Both the position numbers and the translations under genes were made by a program. A stretch of DNA of 64,000 bases, from assembly GCA_963724765.1 (NCBI GenBank), contig CAVRVY010000001.1:1088001-1152000 (forward strand), given 5' to 3'. This DNA comes from an uncultured delta proteobacterium. GTDB taxonomy: Bacteria; Desulfobacterota; Binatia; Binatales; Binataceae. The notes under the pieces are model-generated. The model saw only the letters and a list, made by a program, of their open reading frames with translations. It ran no database searches and had not been told where the DNA came from. This document shows, one piece after another, positions 17,046-26,428 of this stretch. How positions within the stretch are numbered: position 1 is the stretch's first letter; every line of letters starts with the position of its first letter.

Positions 17046-18175
17046 CACAAAGCCATGCCAACGCCCCGACGGATAAGGCGGCTGGCGCCTCGTTCGTCAC
17101 GCCGGCTGTCGCCAATCGCACGGCCGCCGCCGGTAACACGATTCGCGACGACGGCGCGGCCGAGGCCGCGCCGTTAAGCGGCGGCGCGCGCGAGCGTCCA
17201 CCGCTTGCCGGGCTTAAGCTCGGCCGCAAGGACTGGCTGCTGTTTCAGTTGATGCGAGCCGTGGTCCAGGCTTTCAGCCTGTTGCCCGACTTCGTGCTGT
17301 ATCCGCTCGGGGTGCTCGGCGGTTATATCTGCTATCTGATTGACCGGCGCCACGTGGCGATCGGGATGGTCAATCTGGCGATTGCGTTTCCGGACCGCAG
17401 CGAGCGCGAACGCCGGCGCATCGTGCGCGCCTCGTACCTGAATCTGGGCCGCGGCGGCGCCGAGTACGTGCGCCTGGCCGGCTTTTTCTATCGCCGGCTC
17501 GTCGGACGCGTGGCCTACGAGCGCTTCCAATACTGGGACGAGCTCAAGCGGCGCTATCCGGGCCGCGGCATCGTCGTACTCAGCGCCCACTTCGGTAACT
17601 TCGAACTTTTGGCGACCGCCCACGCCCTTCACGGCCATCAGATAACCCTCGTCCATCACACGCAACGCTTTGTGGCCGGCGACGCATTGATGACCTGGGT
17701 GCGCGAACGCGCCGGCGTCAACGTCGTACGCAAGCGTTCGGCCGCGCGCGCGGTGCTCAAGGCGCTCGGCGATGGCCAACTGGTCGGCGTGCCGTTCGAT
17801 CAGAACGCCAAGCGCGGCGAGGCGGTTTTTGTGCCGTTCTTCGGCGAGCCGGCGGCGACCTCGCGTACGCTGGCGCGGTTGGTGCAAAAGTCGCATGCGA
17901 TCGTGGTTCCGGTCTTCATCGTGCGCGAGCCCGACAACCGCCACCATCGCATCGTCATCCGGGACCACATCGTGCTCCAGGAGAGCGCCGACGCCGAGGC
18001 CGATATCGAGGAGAACACCCGGCGGTTTCTGTGCCCGATCGAGGACATGGTGCGGCGCTATCCCGAGCAGTTCCTGTGGCAGCATCGGCGCTACCGCACG
18101 CGGCCGCGTGGGATGCCGCCACTGTACGTAGAAGGCCGCCGTCATCGCGATTCCCGCCCCAAAGCGGCGCGATAG
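17042..18175 (+). CDS. lpxL: Lipid A biosynthesis lauroyl-type acyltransferase (LpxL/HtrB family)
   Basis: HFGNFE, DQN, VPFFG and PEQFLWQHRR motifs. Confidence 0.85.
   Translation: MTQSHANAPTDKAAGASFVTPAVANRTAAAGNTIRDDGAAEAAPLSGGARERPPLAGLKLGRKDWLLFQLMRAVVQAFSLLPDFVLYPLGVLGGYICYLIDRRHVAIGMVNLAIAFPDRSERERRRIVRASYLNLGRGGAEYVRLAGFFYRRLVGRVAYERFQYWDELKRRYPGRGIVVLSAHFGNFELLATAHALHGHQITLVHHTQRFVAGDALMTWVRERAGVNVVRKRSAARAVLKALGDGQLVGVPFDQNAKRGEAVFVPFFGEPAATSRTLARLVQKSHAIVVPVFIVREPDNRHHRIVIRDHIVLQESADAEADIEENTRRFLCPIEDMVRRYPEQFLWQHRRYRTRPRGMPPLYVEGRRHRDSRPKAAR
18133..18175 (+). repeat. Direct repeat copy 1: 3' end of lpxL
   Basis: 37/43 identical to 19997-20038. Confidence 0.8.
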
Positions 18176-18414
18176 ATCGTCCGCGCGCAGCTCCTCTGTT
18201 CGAAGAAATCGCTACAGTCAGGCCCTCGTCGTAACCGCAACACCCTCAAGCGAGTTCTGAAGCCTTCACTTTATCGCAGACGCCGCTATTGATTCTCGTT
18301 GTCTCGGAAAGACGCCAGAAAGTCGCTTGACTGATACCCTATCGCAACGTAGGTTGTGTACCCCTGGCTCGGCCCAAATCGCCGAATCGAAAGCCCCTAT
18401 ACGGGAGTTTCAAA

Positions 18415-19800
18415 TTGGGCAGCTTTAACATTGGGCGCCGAGAGGTTTCGTTTCCATCAGTTCCGCCAGGCATTGGTAACGTCATCGTCGAGTCGTGGTC
18501 GCGCTGCTGCGAAGCCGGAATAGATCCCGGCAACACACCGTTACGTAGAATTTCCGATGACGATCTGCAGCGCCGCTTGAACCGCAATCGCCTGCTGGTC
18601 GAGACTGCAGCTCCTCATCTGAAGTGGCTTTCGGCCTCAATGGCGGGACCTCAGCAGGCAGTGTATATCGTCGACGGTGATGGCATCGTGCTGGATTCTG
18701 TTGCGAATGACGGCACCAGCGTGCGCGAGATCGGTCTGGAACCTGGGTTCGATTGGTCAGAACCCAGCATGGGAACGAATGGGGCAGGGACTGCGTTGGC
18801 CGCCAATCGGCCGGTTGCCATCGTTCGACACGAGCATTTCTCCTGCATGCTCGACGGCTGGACCTGCACTGCCGCCCCGATACACGGTCCAGATGGCGAG
18901 GTCATCGGAGCAATAGATATGAGCACGACGGCCCCGGGCTCCGCTTCGGAACGAGTGTTCCTGGTGGCCTATGCTGCATCGATGATTGAGCGCGACCTTG
19001 CCTGGCGCGTTAAATCCGGAAGCAGGGACGTGTCGGCCGATCTTATCGATGGCGCACGTGCCGAGCACCTTCGAGTCTTGGAGCAATCCGAGCGAGAAGT
19101 GCGCAGCAGGGAAATGGCACTTGCAACGGCAGCGCACGAGATCCGCTCACCGCTGCAGCTCTTACGACTCGAGATGCATCTGACGATTCTAGAGGCGTCG
19201 TCGATGGAAGGGCTGGGCTCGGGCGCGCCAGAATGGCTGCAGAAGCGCTTGCACAAGATCTCTGCGTGTATAGATGAGTTAGAGGGGCTGCTCAATGATT
19301 TCCTCGACGTGAATTTGGCCACCGAGGGGAAATTCAACTTTCGGCCCGAGCTAATCGATCTAGGCGACACAATTCGTGACCTTGCCGCTGATTTTCAGAA
19401 ACAAAGACGGGGAGACCGCCCTCAGATCAGATTTGATCTGCCCTCAGGCATTGTTGGCATGTGGGACAAGACCCGCGTACGGCAGATTGTGGCGAATCTA
19501 CTTGGCAATGCGGCCAAGCACTCGCGAGGTGAATTGGTCGACGTAGTGCTCAGTTCTGATATTGCCTGCGGCTATATTGAAGTTCGTGACAATGGGGTGG
19601 GAATCAGCCAGTACGATCAGGAGCGTATCTTTAGGCCGTTCGAGACGGCGGGGGATTCACCGGGAAAGACCAGCGGACTAGGGCTCTGGATCGTCCGAAA
19701 GTTAGTCACTGCGATGCGGGGACGTATATTTGTCATCAGCGAGGTCGGACTTGGAACCACATTTCGAGTCGAACTGCCTCGTGAAGTGCCTTCAAACTAA
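18415..19800 (+). CDS. Sensor histidine kinase with AcoR/DhaR-type GAF domain
   Basis: SWSRC, WSE..GTNGAGTAL and WTCTAAPI in the GAF; AHEIRSPL, NLLGNA, DNGVG and GLGL boxes. Lower GC; start uncertain. Confidence 0.85.
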   Translation: MGSFNIGRREVSFPSVPPGIGNVIVESWSRCCEAGIDPGNTPLRRISDDDLQRRLNRNRLLVETAAPHLKWLSASMAGPQQAVYIVDGDGIVLDSVANDGTSVREIGLEPGFDWSEPSMGTNGAGTALAANRPVAIVRHEHFSCMLDGWTCTAAPIHGPDGEVIGAIDMSTTAPGSASERVFLVAYAASMIERDLAWRVKSGSRDVSADLIDGARAEHLRVLEQSEREVRSREMALATAAHEIRSPLQLLRLEMHLTILEASSMEGLGSGAPEWLQKRLHKISACIDELEGLLNDFLDVNLATEGKFNFRPELIDLGDTIRDLAADFQKQRRGDRPQIRFDLPSGIVGMWDKTRVRQIVANLLGNAAKHSRGELVDVVLSSDIACGYIEVRDNGVGISQYDQERIFRPFETAGDSPGKTSGLGLWIVRKLVTAMRGRIFVISEVGLGTTFRVELPREVPSN

Positions 19801-19996
19801 CCTTCACCATACACACGGTGCCCGCTCCATCGCGCGGCCTTGGCAATGAGTCCGCGGGGCCAGGTAGGATACCGAGAGCTTACGGGCGTTCCAGGAGATG
19901 CATCGCCGTGGCCTCGGCGATTCGCTGCTCAAGCTGACCGATTGCGCGCCCGCTGATTCAGAAGTTCACCCTCTCCCATAGGGCCGCCACGTGACG

Positions 19997-20038
19997 AGGC
20001 CGGCGCCATCGCGATCCCGTCCCTAAGCGGCGCAATAG
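19997..20038 (+). repeat. Direct repeat copy 2: diverged lpxL 3'-end relic
   Basis: AGGCCGGCGCCATCGCGATCCCGTCCCTAAGCGGCGCAATAG versus lpxL end AGGCCGCCGTCATCGCGATTCCCGCCCCAAAGCGGCGCGATAG. Confidence 0.8.
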
Positions 20039-20113
20039 CCGTATCGCACTGATCGTTCCCGCCGGAACATTGTCCCGGAGGCGGCGGTTCTACAGTTACA
20101 GTAGAATATCCGC

Positions 20114-21277
20114 ATGATGATGAATTTTGAGTTTTTTGACGGCGCCTGGGCCGCCAGCAGGCCGTCGCACCACTACGCGTTGTCTGAGGGATTTGGCGCC
20201 GCGCCGGCGATTTTAGCCGCCGCCACCGCGCTCCCGCCCAACGTGGTCGAGCAGCAGTCGCTGGCCGCTCTGCTCAAGGCGCTGTGGGGCGAAAAATACG
20301 ACCAGTCGCGGCGCTGGCGCTCGACTTTCGAGCAGATCCAGCGCTCCGTGCGGATCGATCGGCGCTACCTGGCGCTGCCGGTCAGCGAGTACCCGGCGCT
20401 CGACTCGTTCGCCAAGACCAACGCCGCGTGGACCACTGTGGCGCCGGAGTTGGGCGCCGCCGCGGCCCAGCGCGCGCTTGCGGCGGCCGGGATGACGGCG
20501 CGCGACGTCGATCATCTCTTCTTCGTTACCGGCACCGGGATCGCGACGCCGAGCCTCGATGCGCGAATTGTCAACCGGCTCGGGATGCGTGCGGACGTGC
20601 GGCGCACGCCGATTTTCGGCCTGGGTTGCGCCGGCGGCGTGGCTGGCGTCATCCGCGCCACCGACGTGTTGCGCGGATTTCCCGGCCAGGTCGCGATGGT
20701 CGTGTCGGCCGAGCTGTGCTCGCTCACCTTGCAACGCACCGACGACTCGGTCGCCAACATCATCGCCTCGGCGCTCTTCGGCGATGGCGCGGCGGCCGTG
20801 CTACTGGGCGGTGCGCATCTGGCCAACTGCGGCGCCGGCATCCCCCCGCGCGTTATCGCGACGCGCTCGGTCTTTTATCCCGACAGTGAACGGATGATGG
20901 GATGGGACGTGGTGGACAGCGGATTCAAGATTGTGCTTTCGCCCGCGATTCCCGACTTGGTCCGCGAGCATCTGGGCGGCGACGTGGACGCGATGCTCGC
21001 CGAGCATGGGCTTGCGCGCTCCGCGATAAGCCATTGGATCGCGCATACCGGCGGCAACCGCGTGCTCGAGGCGATCGCCACGGCGCTCGATCTTCCGTCC
21101 GGCGCGCTGGACCGTTCATGGCGGCTGCTCGCGGCGACCGGTAATCTGTCTTCGGCCTCGGTCCTGTTCGTGTTGCGCGATCTGCTCGACGCGCGCGCGG
21201 CGCGCGCCGGCGATTACGGGCTGATGCTCGCGATGGGCCCGGGTTTCTGCGCCGAGCTGGCGCTTCTGCAATGGTGA
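20114..21277 (+). CDS. Type III polyketide synthase (SrsA/BpsA-like)
   Basis: Cys-His-Asn triad (GLGCAGG, HTGG, GNLSS); LFGDGA and MGPGF motifs. Confidence 0.92.
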   Translation: MMMNFEFFDGAWAASRPSHHYALSEGFGAAPAILAAATALPPNVVEQQSLAALLKALWGEKYDQSRRWRSTFEQIQRSVRIDRRYLALPVSEYPALDSFAKTNAAWTTVAPELGAAAAQRALAAAGMTARDVDHLFFVTGTGIATPSLDARIVNRLGMRADVRRTPIFGLGCAGGVAGVIRATDVLRGFPGQVAMVVSAELCSLTLQRTDDSVANIIASALFGDGAAAVLLGGAHLANCGAGIPPRVIATRSVFYPDSERMMGWDVVDSGFKIVLSPAIPDLVREHLGGDVDAMLAEHGLARSAISHWIAHTGGNRVLEAIATALDLPSGALDRSWRLLAATGNLSSASVLFVLRDLLDARAARAGDYGLMLAMGPGFCAELALLQW

Positions 21278-21888
21278 TCTCGCTCGGCGCGTATCTGGCG
21301 ATTGTGGCGGCGCTCGCGCTCGAGCGGGTATTCCATCTTGGGCTCGCATCGCGCAACGCGCGCCGCGCGTTTGCGATGGGCGCGGTCGAGCGCGGGCGGG
21401 GTCATTATCCGGCGATGGCCGCATTCCATGCGCTCTTCCTGTTCTCGGCCGCGGCCGAGGCGATCGTACTCAAGCGTCCATTTCCGGGGGCGCTTGGATG
21501 GACGGCGCTCGGCGGCGCGCTCGGCGCTCAAGCGCTTCGCTACTGGTCCATCGCGAGCCTCGGCGCGCGCTGGAACACGCGCATCATCGTGTTTCCGGGG
21601 ATGCCGCCGATAAGCCGCGGGCCGTATCGTTTCGTGCGCCATCCCAACTATCTCGCCGTAATCGTCGAGGTCGCATGCGTGCCGCTGATCCATGGATGCT
21701 GGCTCACAGCGGTCGTTTTCTCGATCGGCAACGCGGTGCTGTTGCGCGTGCGGATTCGCGAGGAGGAGGCCGCGATGGGCCCGCGCTACGCGCTGAAGTT
21801 CGGCAGCCGGCCGCGGCTGATTCCGAAGCTTCCGCCGCGGCCGGAGCGTCGCGAATCCAGCGCCGACGCCCGCCGCACCACCGGTTGA
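21271..21888 (+). CDS. ICMT-family methyltransferase (SrsB/BpsB-like)
   Basis: LG.RWNTRI, GPYRFVRHPNY and RIREEE motifs; overlaps the PKS stop. Confidence 0.9.
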   Translation: MVISLGAYLAIVAALALERVFHLGLASRNARRAFAMGAVERGRGHYPAMAAFHALFLFSAAAEAIVLKRPFPGALGWTALGGALGAQALRYWSIASLGARWNTRIIVFPGMPPISRGPYRFVRHPNYLAVIVEVACVPLIHGCWLTAVVFSIGNAVLLRVRIREEEAAMGPRYALKFGSRPRLIPKLPPRPERRESSADARRTTG

Positions 21889-21979
21889 GGGCTTGGCTGG
21901 AGCGAGTCTCCTTTGACGGCTCGCCACTTGCGCCCGCTGAGCGTTCGAGTCTTTCCACTTGTGACGGGCGTGCCTCTTA

Positions 21980-22064
21980 CCCCTTCCCCAATTGTCTCGG
22001 GGGAGGTCGGGTGGGGGTCGAGCGAGGAAGCGCCGGATGTCCGCGCTCAAGCGGCGCTTCCTCG
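21980..22064. repeat. REP-like palindromic elements
   Basis: CCCCTTCCCC..GGGGGAGG..GGGG followed by a perfect 13-bp stem (CGAGGAAGCGCCG/CGGCGCTTCCTCG). Confidence 0.5.
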
Positions 22065-22199
22065 TCCTAATCTTCCTGTCATGAGCGCGCGGCCCTCACG
22101 CGATGACCCTCGCAAAATGCCTGAATCGCGATAGACTGGGCGGCCAATGCGCGACGCGGGAGCTTGATGCTCCGCGTCATAACCACGGAGGATTTCCCA

Positions 22200-22616
22200 A
22201 TGAGTAAGACTTTCGAGAAGCACGCAATCACCGCGGAGTTCGCCCAGAAGCTGGTCGAGGCGGCGGTCGCAAAGGCCCACGAACTCAAGGTTCCGCAGTG
22301 TGTGGCCGTCCTCGACGATGGCGGGAATCTGAAGGCGTTCGTGCGCATGGACGGCGCCGCGCTCATCCCGATTGAGATCGCGCAGAGCAAAGCCTACACC
22401 GCGCTGTTCGGCTTTCCGACTCACGATTTTTTCAACTTTATCAAGGGCGATCCCGCGCTGGTCGCCGGCATCCCGTCCCGCCCGCGCGTGGCCGCGTTCG
22501 GCGGCGGCTATCCGATCAAGATTGACGGCCACATCATCGGCGCGATCGGCGTCAGCGGCGGATCGGTCGAACAGGATATGCAGTGCGCCGAGGCGGCATT
22601 GCAGCTTACGAAGTAG
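22200..22616 (+). CDS. GlcG/HbpS family heme-binding protein
   Basis: VAVLDDGG..RMDGA..KAYTA..GGGYPI..GAIGVSGG. Confidence 0.9.
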   Translation: MSKTFEKHAITAEFAQKLVEAAVAKAHELKVPQCVAVLDDGGNLKAFVRMDGAALIPIEIAQSKAYTALFGFPTHDFFNFIKGDPALVAGIPSRPRVAAFGGGYPIKIDGHIIGAIGVSGGSVEQDMQCAEAALQLTK

Positions 22617-22646
22617 AACTGCGAAGCGGCTTACGAAACAAACCTG

Positions 22647-22689
22647 AAAAAAGCGGAGCGCATCGCGCCGGCGTTGCGCTCCCGCTTTT
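22647..22689. terminator. Bidirectional terminator
   Basis: A-tract, GCGGAGCGCA..TGCGCTCCCGC stem and T-tract between convergent genes. Confidence 0.75.
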
Positions 22690-23557
22690 ACGTTTGAGTA
22701 CGCCTGCCGGTCAGGCGCGGCAGCAGCGCTAAAATGACCAGCGCCATTACCCACGCCGCCGCGCCGCTGATCAGCGCCGGCCGATCGTAACCGACGATCC
22801 AGTGGGGCAGCGCCGCTCCCGGCGCATCGCTGAAGGGCCATAGCTTTACGCCGAGCACCAGACCGGCATGCAGTCCGGCCGAGAAATAAACATTGCCGGT
22901 CACCAGGAACGCCTCACCCAACACCAGGCCGAGCAGAAAGAGTCCGAATAGCGCGGGCAGTGCCGCTGCGGGATGCGCCAGTTGCGCGAGGCTCGCGTAG
23001 AGATTGTAAAAGCCCGCCGCCGCGTCGAACCCGGTCAGGTAGAATCGCGCGGGCGAGCGCACCAGATGCGCCAGCGCATAGATCGCCGCGCTGATCGCCA
23101 GCGCACCGGTGCGGCCGAAGTCCGCGACCATCCCGCCCAGCAAGAAGGCGCGGAAGAATCCCTCCTCGATTATCGCGATCAGGATTGCCCCGGCCACGTA
23201 TTTTGGCGCGCGCGCGAGCGCCTCGCCGGCCCGCATCCCGTTGCGTCCGCCGAACGCCGCGCCGAGCGCGAGCAGGATTCCAATCACCGCCGCCGCGACC
23301 AGCAATCCGCGCAGCAAGGCGCCGAGATTATCCAGCGGGCGCGCGAAGCCGCGCCGCAACAGCCGCGCGACTCCCAGTTGGCGCGCCCACAGCGTCAGCA
23401 TCACCGCCAGCGCGGCCATCACGGTGCGATCGAAGATGCGTGGGAACGGGAAATGGTACCCGGCGGCCACAACCGCGGTTGCCACGAGCGGTGCGATGAG
23501 CGCCGCCGCGGCGGCTGCGAGCAAAAGCGCGATCGTTAGTCTGAGCGTGAAGGGCAT
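22688..23557 (-). CDS. CPBP family intramembrane metalloprotease
   Basis: EEGFFR, YALAH and GLHAG motifs. Confidence 0.85.
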   Translation of the reverse strand: MPFTLRLTIALLLAAAAAALIAPLVATAVVAAGYHFPFPRIFDRTVMAALAVMLTLWARQLGVARLLRRGFARPLDNLGALLRGLLVAAAVIGILLALGAAFGGRNGMRAGEALARAPKYVAGAILIAIIEEGFFRAFLLGGMVADFGRTGALAISAAIYALAHLVRSPARFYLTGFDAAAGFYNLYASLAQLAHPAAALPALFGLFLLGLVLGEAFLVTGNVYFSAGLHAGLVLGVKLWPFSDAPGAALPHWIVGYDRPALISGAAAWVMALVILALLPRLTGRRTQT

Positions 23558-23690
23558 CGTGGATGAGCGTTCGCGTTCGGCTTGGCGCACAATCCCACGA
23601 GCGATATCGGTTGCAGGCGCGCCATGCAAGCGGCGATATTGAGATGACAGTCGCTGCGAACGATATTGAAGATCGGCGAGGAGGGCTCGT

Positions 23691-24470
23691 ATGGACCTGG
23701 GACTCAAGGGCAGGGCCGCGCTGGTGACCGGCGCGAGCATGGGAATCGGCGAAGCGGCTGCGATTGAGCTTGCGGGCGAGGGATGCAACCTCGCGATCTG
23801 CGCGCGCCACGCCGACCAGCTTGCCAAGGTGCGCGATGAGGCCGTTGCGCGGGGCGTGCGATGTCTGGTTGCCGAGTGCGACATCCGCAAGCCCGACGAT
23901 ATAGCGGCCTTGATAGACGAAGTCGGCCGCGCTTACGGCCGCCTCGATATCCTGGTGAACAACGCCGGCGCTGCTACCCACGGCACCTTCGCCTCGTTGA
24001 GCGACGAGCAACTGCTGGCGGACTACGAGCTGAAGGTTCTCGGACAGTTGCGATGCACGCGCGCCGCGCTGCCATTGCTGGAGCGGAGCCCGGCGCCCCG
24101 CGTGATCAACGTCAACGCGATCGCAGGGCGGGTGGTGATGCCCGGGCTGTTCGCCACCGCCACCCATCGCGCATCGTGCTACGCGCTTAGCAAGGCGCTC
24201 GCCTGGGAACTCGCGGACCGCAAAATCCTGGTAAACTCGGTGAATATCGGGCTCGTGCATACCAACCAGATCGAACGTGCCCATGCGCGCCGCGCGCCCG
24301 ACGTCCCGCGGGAGAAATTCATGGCGCAGGCGGCGCAGATCGTGCCGCTCAAACGCTTCGGCGAACCGCACGAGGTCTCGGGCCTGATCGCGTTTCTGGC
24401 GTCGGACCGCGCGGGCTTCATCACCGGCGCATCGATCGACGTCGGCGGCGGGCAAGGCGCCCACGTGTAA
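23691..24470 (+). CDS. SDR family oxidoreductase (SDR1)
   Basis: TGASMGIG, LVNNAG and FITG..VGGG motifs. Confidence 0.92.
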   Translation: MDLGLKGRAALVTGASMGIGEAAAIELAGEGCNLAICARHADQLAKVRDEAVARGVRCLVAECDIRKPDDIAALIDEVGRAYGRLDILVNNAGAATHGTFASLSDEQLLADYELKVLGQLRCTRAALPLLERSPAPRVINVNAIAGRVVMPGLFATATHRASCYALSKALAWELADRKILVNSVNIGLVHTNQIERAHARRAPDVPREKFMAQAAQIVPLKRFGEPHEVSGLIAFLASDRAGFITGASIDVGGGQGAHV

Positions 24471-24567
24471 GGCGCCGAGAAGACCCGATGGTCACGTTTG
24501 ACGGCTCTTGCAACCGATGCGATCGAGAGGGTTGAAATTGCTACCGCGGCCGCGCGAGTATTGAACA

Positions 24568-24780
24568 ATGAAATTCGTTGTGACGCTCCAAAAGGGCGAG
24601 GACGGGTTCATTATTGCTGAGTGTCCGGCTCTCCCGGGATGCATAACGCAGGGCCGGACCAACGAAGAGGCGCTCGCCAACATCCGCGAAGCGATTGAGC
24701 TCAGCCTGGAGAGCCGCATAGCGCTCGGTATGCCGCTATCCATGGAGATCGCCGAAGTAGAGGTTTCGGCGATTGGGTGA
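24568..24780 (+). CDS. hicB: HicB family antitoxin (short, no DNA-binding domain)
   Basis: GF.AECPALPGCITQG.T.EEAL.NIREAI. Confidence 0.9.
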   Translation: MKFVVTLQKGEDGFIIAECPALPGCITQGRTNEEALANIREAIELSLESRIALGMPLSMEIAEVEVSAIG

Positions 24781-25007
24781 TGGCCCAGCTTCCTGTCTGC
24801 TCCGGTGCCGAAGCAATCCGGGCGTTCGAGCGGGCGGGGTGGATTCGGGTTCGTCAACGCGGCAGCCACGTCTCTCTGCACAAGCCCGACATGCGGGATC
24901 TCCTTACCGTGCCGCTTCATCCAACCCTTGATCGCGGGATGCTTCGAAGCCTTATTCGCAAGGCCGGACTCTCGGTCGAGGAGTTTGACGCTCTGCTGGC
25001 TGGTTGA
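24777..25007 (+). CDS. hicA: HicA family toxin
   Basis: RQRGSH..LTVPLH..L.RGML.S.I..AGL. Confidence 0.9.
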   Translation: MMAQLPVCSGAEAIRAFERAGWIRVRQRGSHVSLHKPDMRDLLTVPLHPTLDRGMLRSLIRKAGLSVEEFDALLAG

Positions 25008-25029
25008 GTTGAGCCGTCAATAGATCGCT

Positions 25030-25095
25030 CGCGCTCTCGGGGTTGCGTTGCGGTCCGAGCACGACGTCGGCGGCGGGCAAAGCGCCCACGTGTGA
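25030..25095. repeat. Chimeric relic: SDR2 3' end (25030-25064) fused to SDR1 3' end (25062-25095)
   Basis: 32/35 identical to 26435-26469 and 32/34 identical to 24437-24470; joined at a shared CGA. Confidence 0.9.
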
Positions 25096-25159
25096 TCCAT
25101 CGCCTTGCAAACGCCTTGGTCGCGGCGATCGCGCCGCCAAGAGCGCAAGGGGAGGCTAA

Positions 25160-26419
25160 ATGGCCATCGATTTCACTTTGAGCGAGGGGCAACAACAACT
25201 CCAATCGGATGCGCGGGCTTTCGCCCGCTCCGTTCTCGGCGGTGTGAAGGAGAGAATCGCGAAGATTGCCAAGCCAGAGGAGCGATTCTATGCGACCCGG
25301 CCTTTTTACCGCGAGATGGCGCAGGCCGGATTCGTGAAATCGCTGATCCCCAGCCAATACGGCGGCGCGGGGCTGTCGACCATCGATCTCGCGCTCGCCG
25401 CCGAAGAGCTCGCCGCCGTTGACGTCAACGTTCCGACCACGCTCCTTGCGACCGGTCTCGGCCTTCAGCCGGTGATCCAGTTCGGCTCCGAGCGGCACAA
25501 GCGCGAATTTCTTCCCGACTTCGTCCATCACGGAGAGGATCGCCTGGCGGCATTCGCCTTTACCGAGGTGACCGGCGGCGCCAATTTTGATTCACCCGAT
25601 CCCGCCACCGGCGTGCGCACCTTAGCCCGGCGCGAGGGGGACGAATGGGTCATCAGCGGGCACAAGCATTACACCACCAACGGCACCGGATGGGACGGCA
25701 AGGGTGCGCATCTCTACACGGTCATTTGCCGGACCGATCTTAACCAGCCTCCGCACGAGTCGCTCGCCGTCATCGCGGTGCCAGGAAACAGCGAAGGCAT
25801 CCGCATAACCGGGATGATCGATACGCTGGGACATCGCGCCGTAAGCTCGCCGCGCATCCACTTCGACGATGTGCGTGTCCCGGCCGCAAACCTTATCGGC
25901 CGCCCCGGCGACGGAGCTGCGATCATCTCGCGCTCATTCGCGTGGACCGCGGCTCTTATCGGCGCTGCGTGCACCGGCGTGATGCGTTCGGCGTTCGATT
26001 GCGCGCTGAATTTTGCCAGGACCGACAAGCGCTCGGGGCCGGTGCCGGTGATCGAGTACCAGAACGTGGGCTACATGCTGGCGGACCTGAAGATGAGGAT
26101 CGAAGCCTCACGCTATCTCACCTGGAAGGCGTGCCATTACTTCGATGCCACCGGCGGGCTCGGCGAGGAGCTGCCGATCATCGCCAAGGTTTATTGCTCG
26201 GAACTTGCCGTGCAGGTGGTTTACGACGCGATGCGGCTGGTCGGTATCGATAGCTACACCGACATGCAGCCGTTGGCGGGGTTGATGCAGGACGCGCTCG
26301 CCTTTCCGCTCTATGACGGCGGCAACATGGGCGTCAGGCGCCGGCAGTTGCATGCGATCTTCCGCTCACCCCGGTACGATCCGATGGCGGCCGCGGAAGG
26401 GCGCCCGCCGGTGCGCTGA
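25160..26419 (+). CDS. Acyl-CoA dehydrogenase superfamily flavoprotein, nitroalkane oxidase-like
   Basis: RFYATRPFYRE, GWDGKGA and PLYDGGNMGVRRRQ match fungal NAO signatures as I recall them. Confidence 0.8.
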   Translation: MAIDFTLSEGQQQLQSDARAFARSVLGGVKERIAKIAKPEERFYATRPFYREMAQAGFVKSLIPSQYGGAGLSTIDLALAAEELAAVDVNVPTTLLATGLGLQPVIQFGSERHKREFLPDFVHHGEDRLAAFAFTEVTGGANFDSPDPATGVRTLARREGDEWVISGHKHYTTNGTGWDGKGAHLYTVICRTDLNQPPHESLAVIAVPGNSEGIRITGMIDTLGHRAVSSPRIHFDDVRVPAANLIGRPGDGAAIISRSFAWTAALIGAACTGVMRSAFDCALNFARTDKRSGPVPVIEYQNVGYMLADLKMRIEASRYLTWKACHYFDATGGLGEELPIIAKVYCSELAVQVVYDAMRLVGIDSYTDMQPLAGLMQDALAFPLYDGGNMGVRRRQLHAIFRSPRYDPMAAAEGRPPVR

Positions 26420-26428
26420 GGGCTAGCG

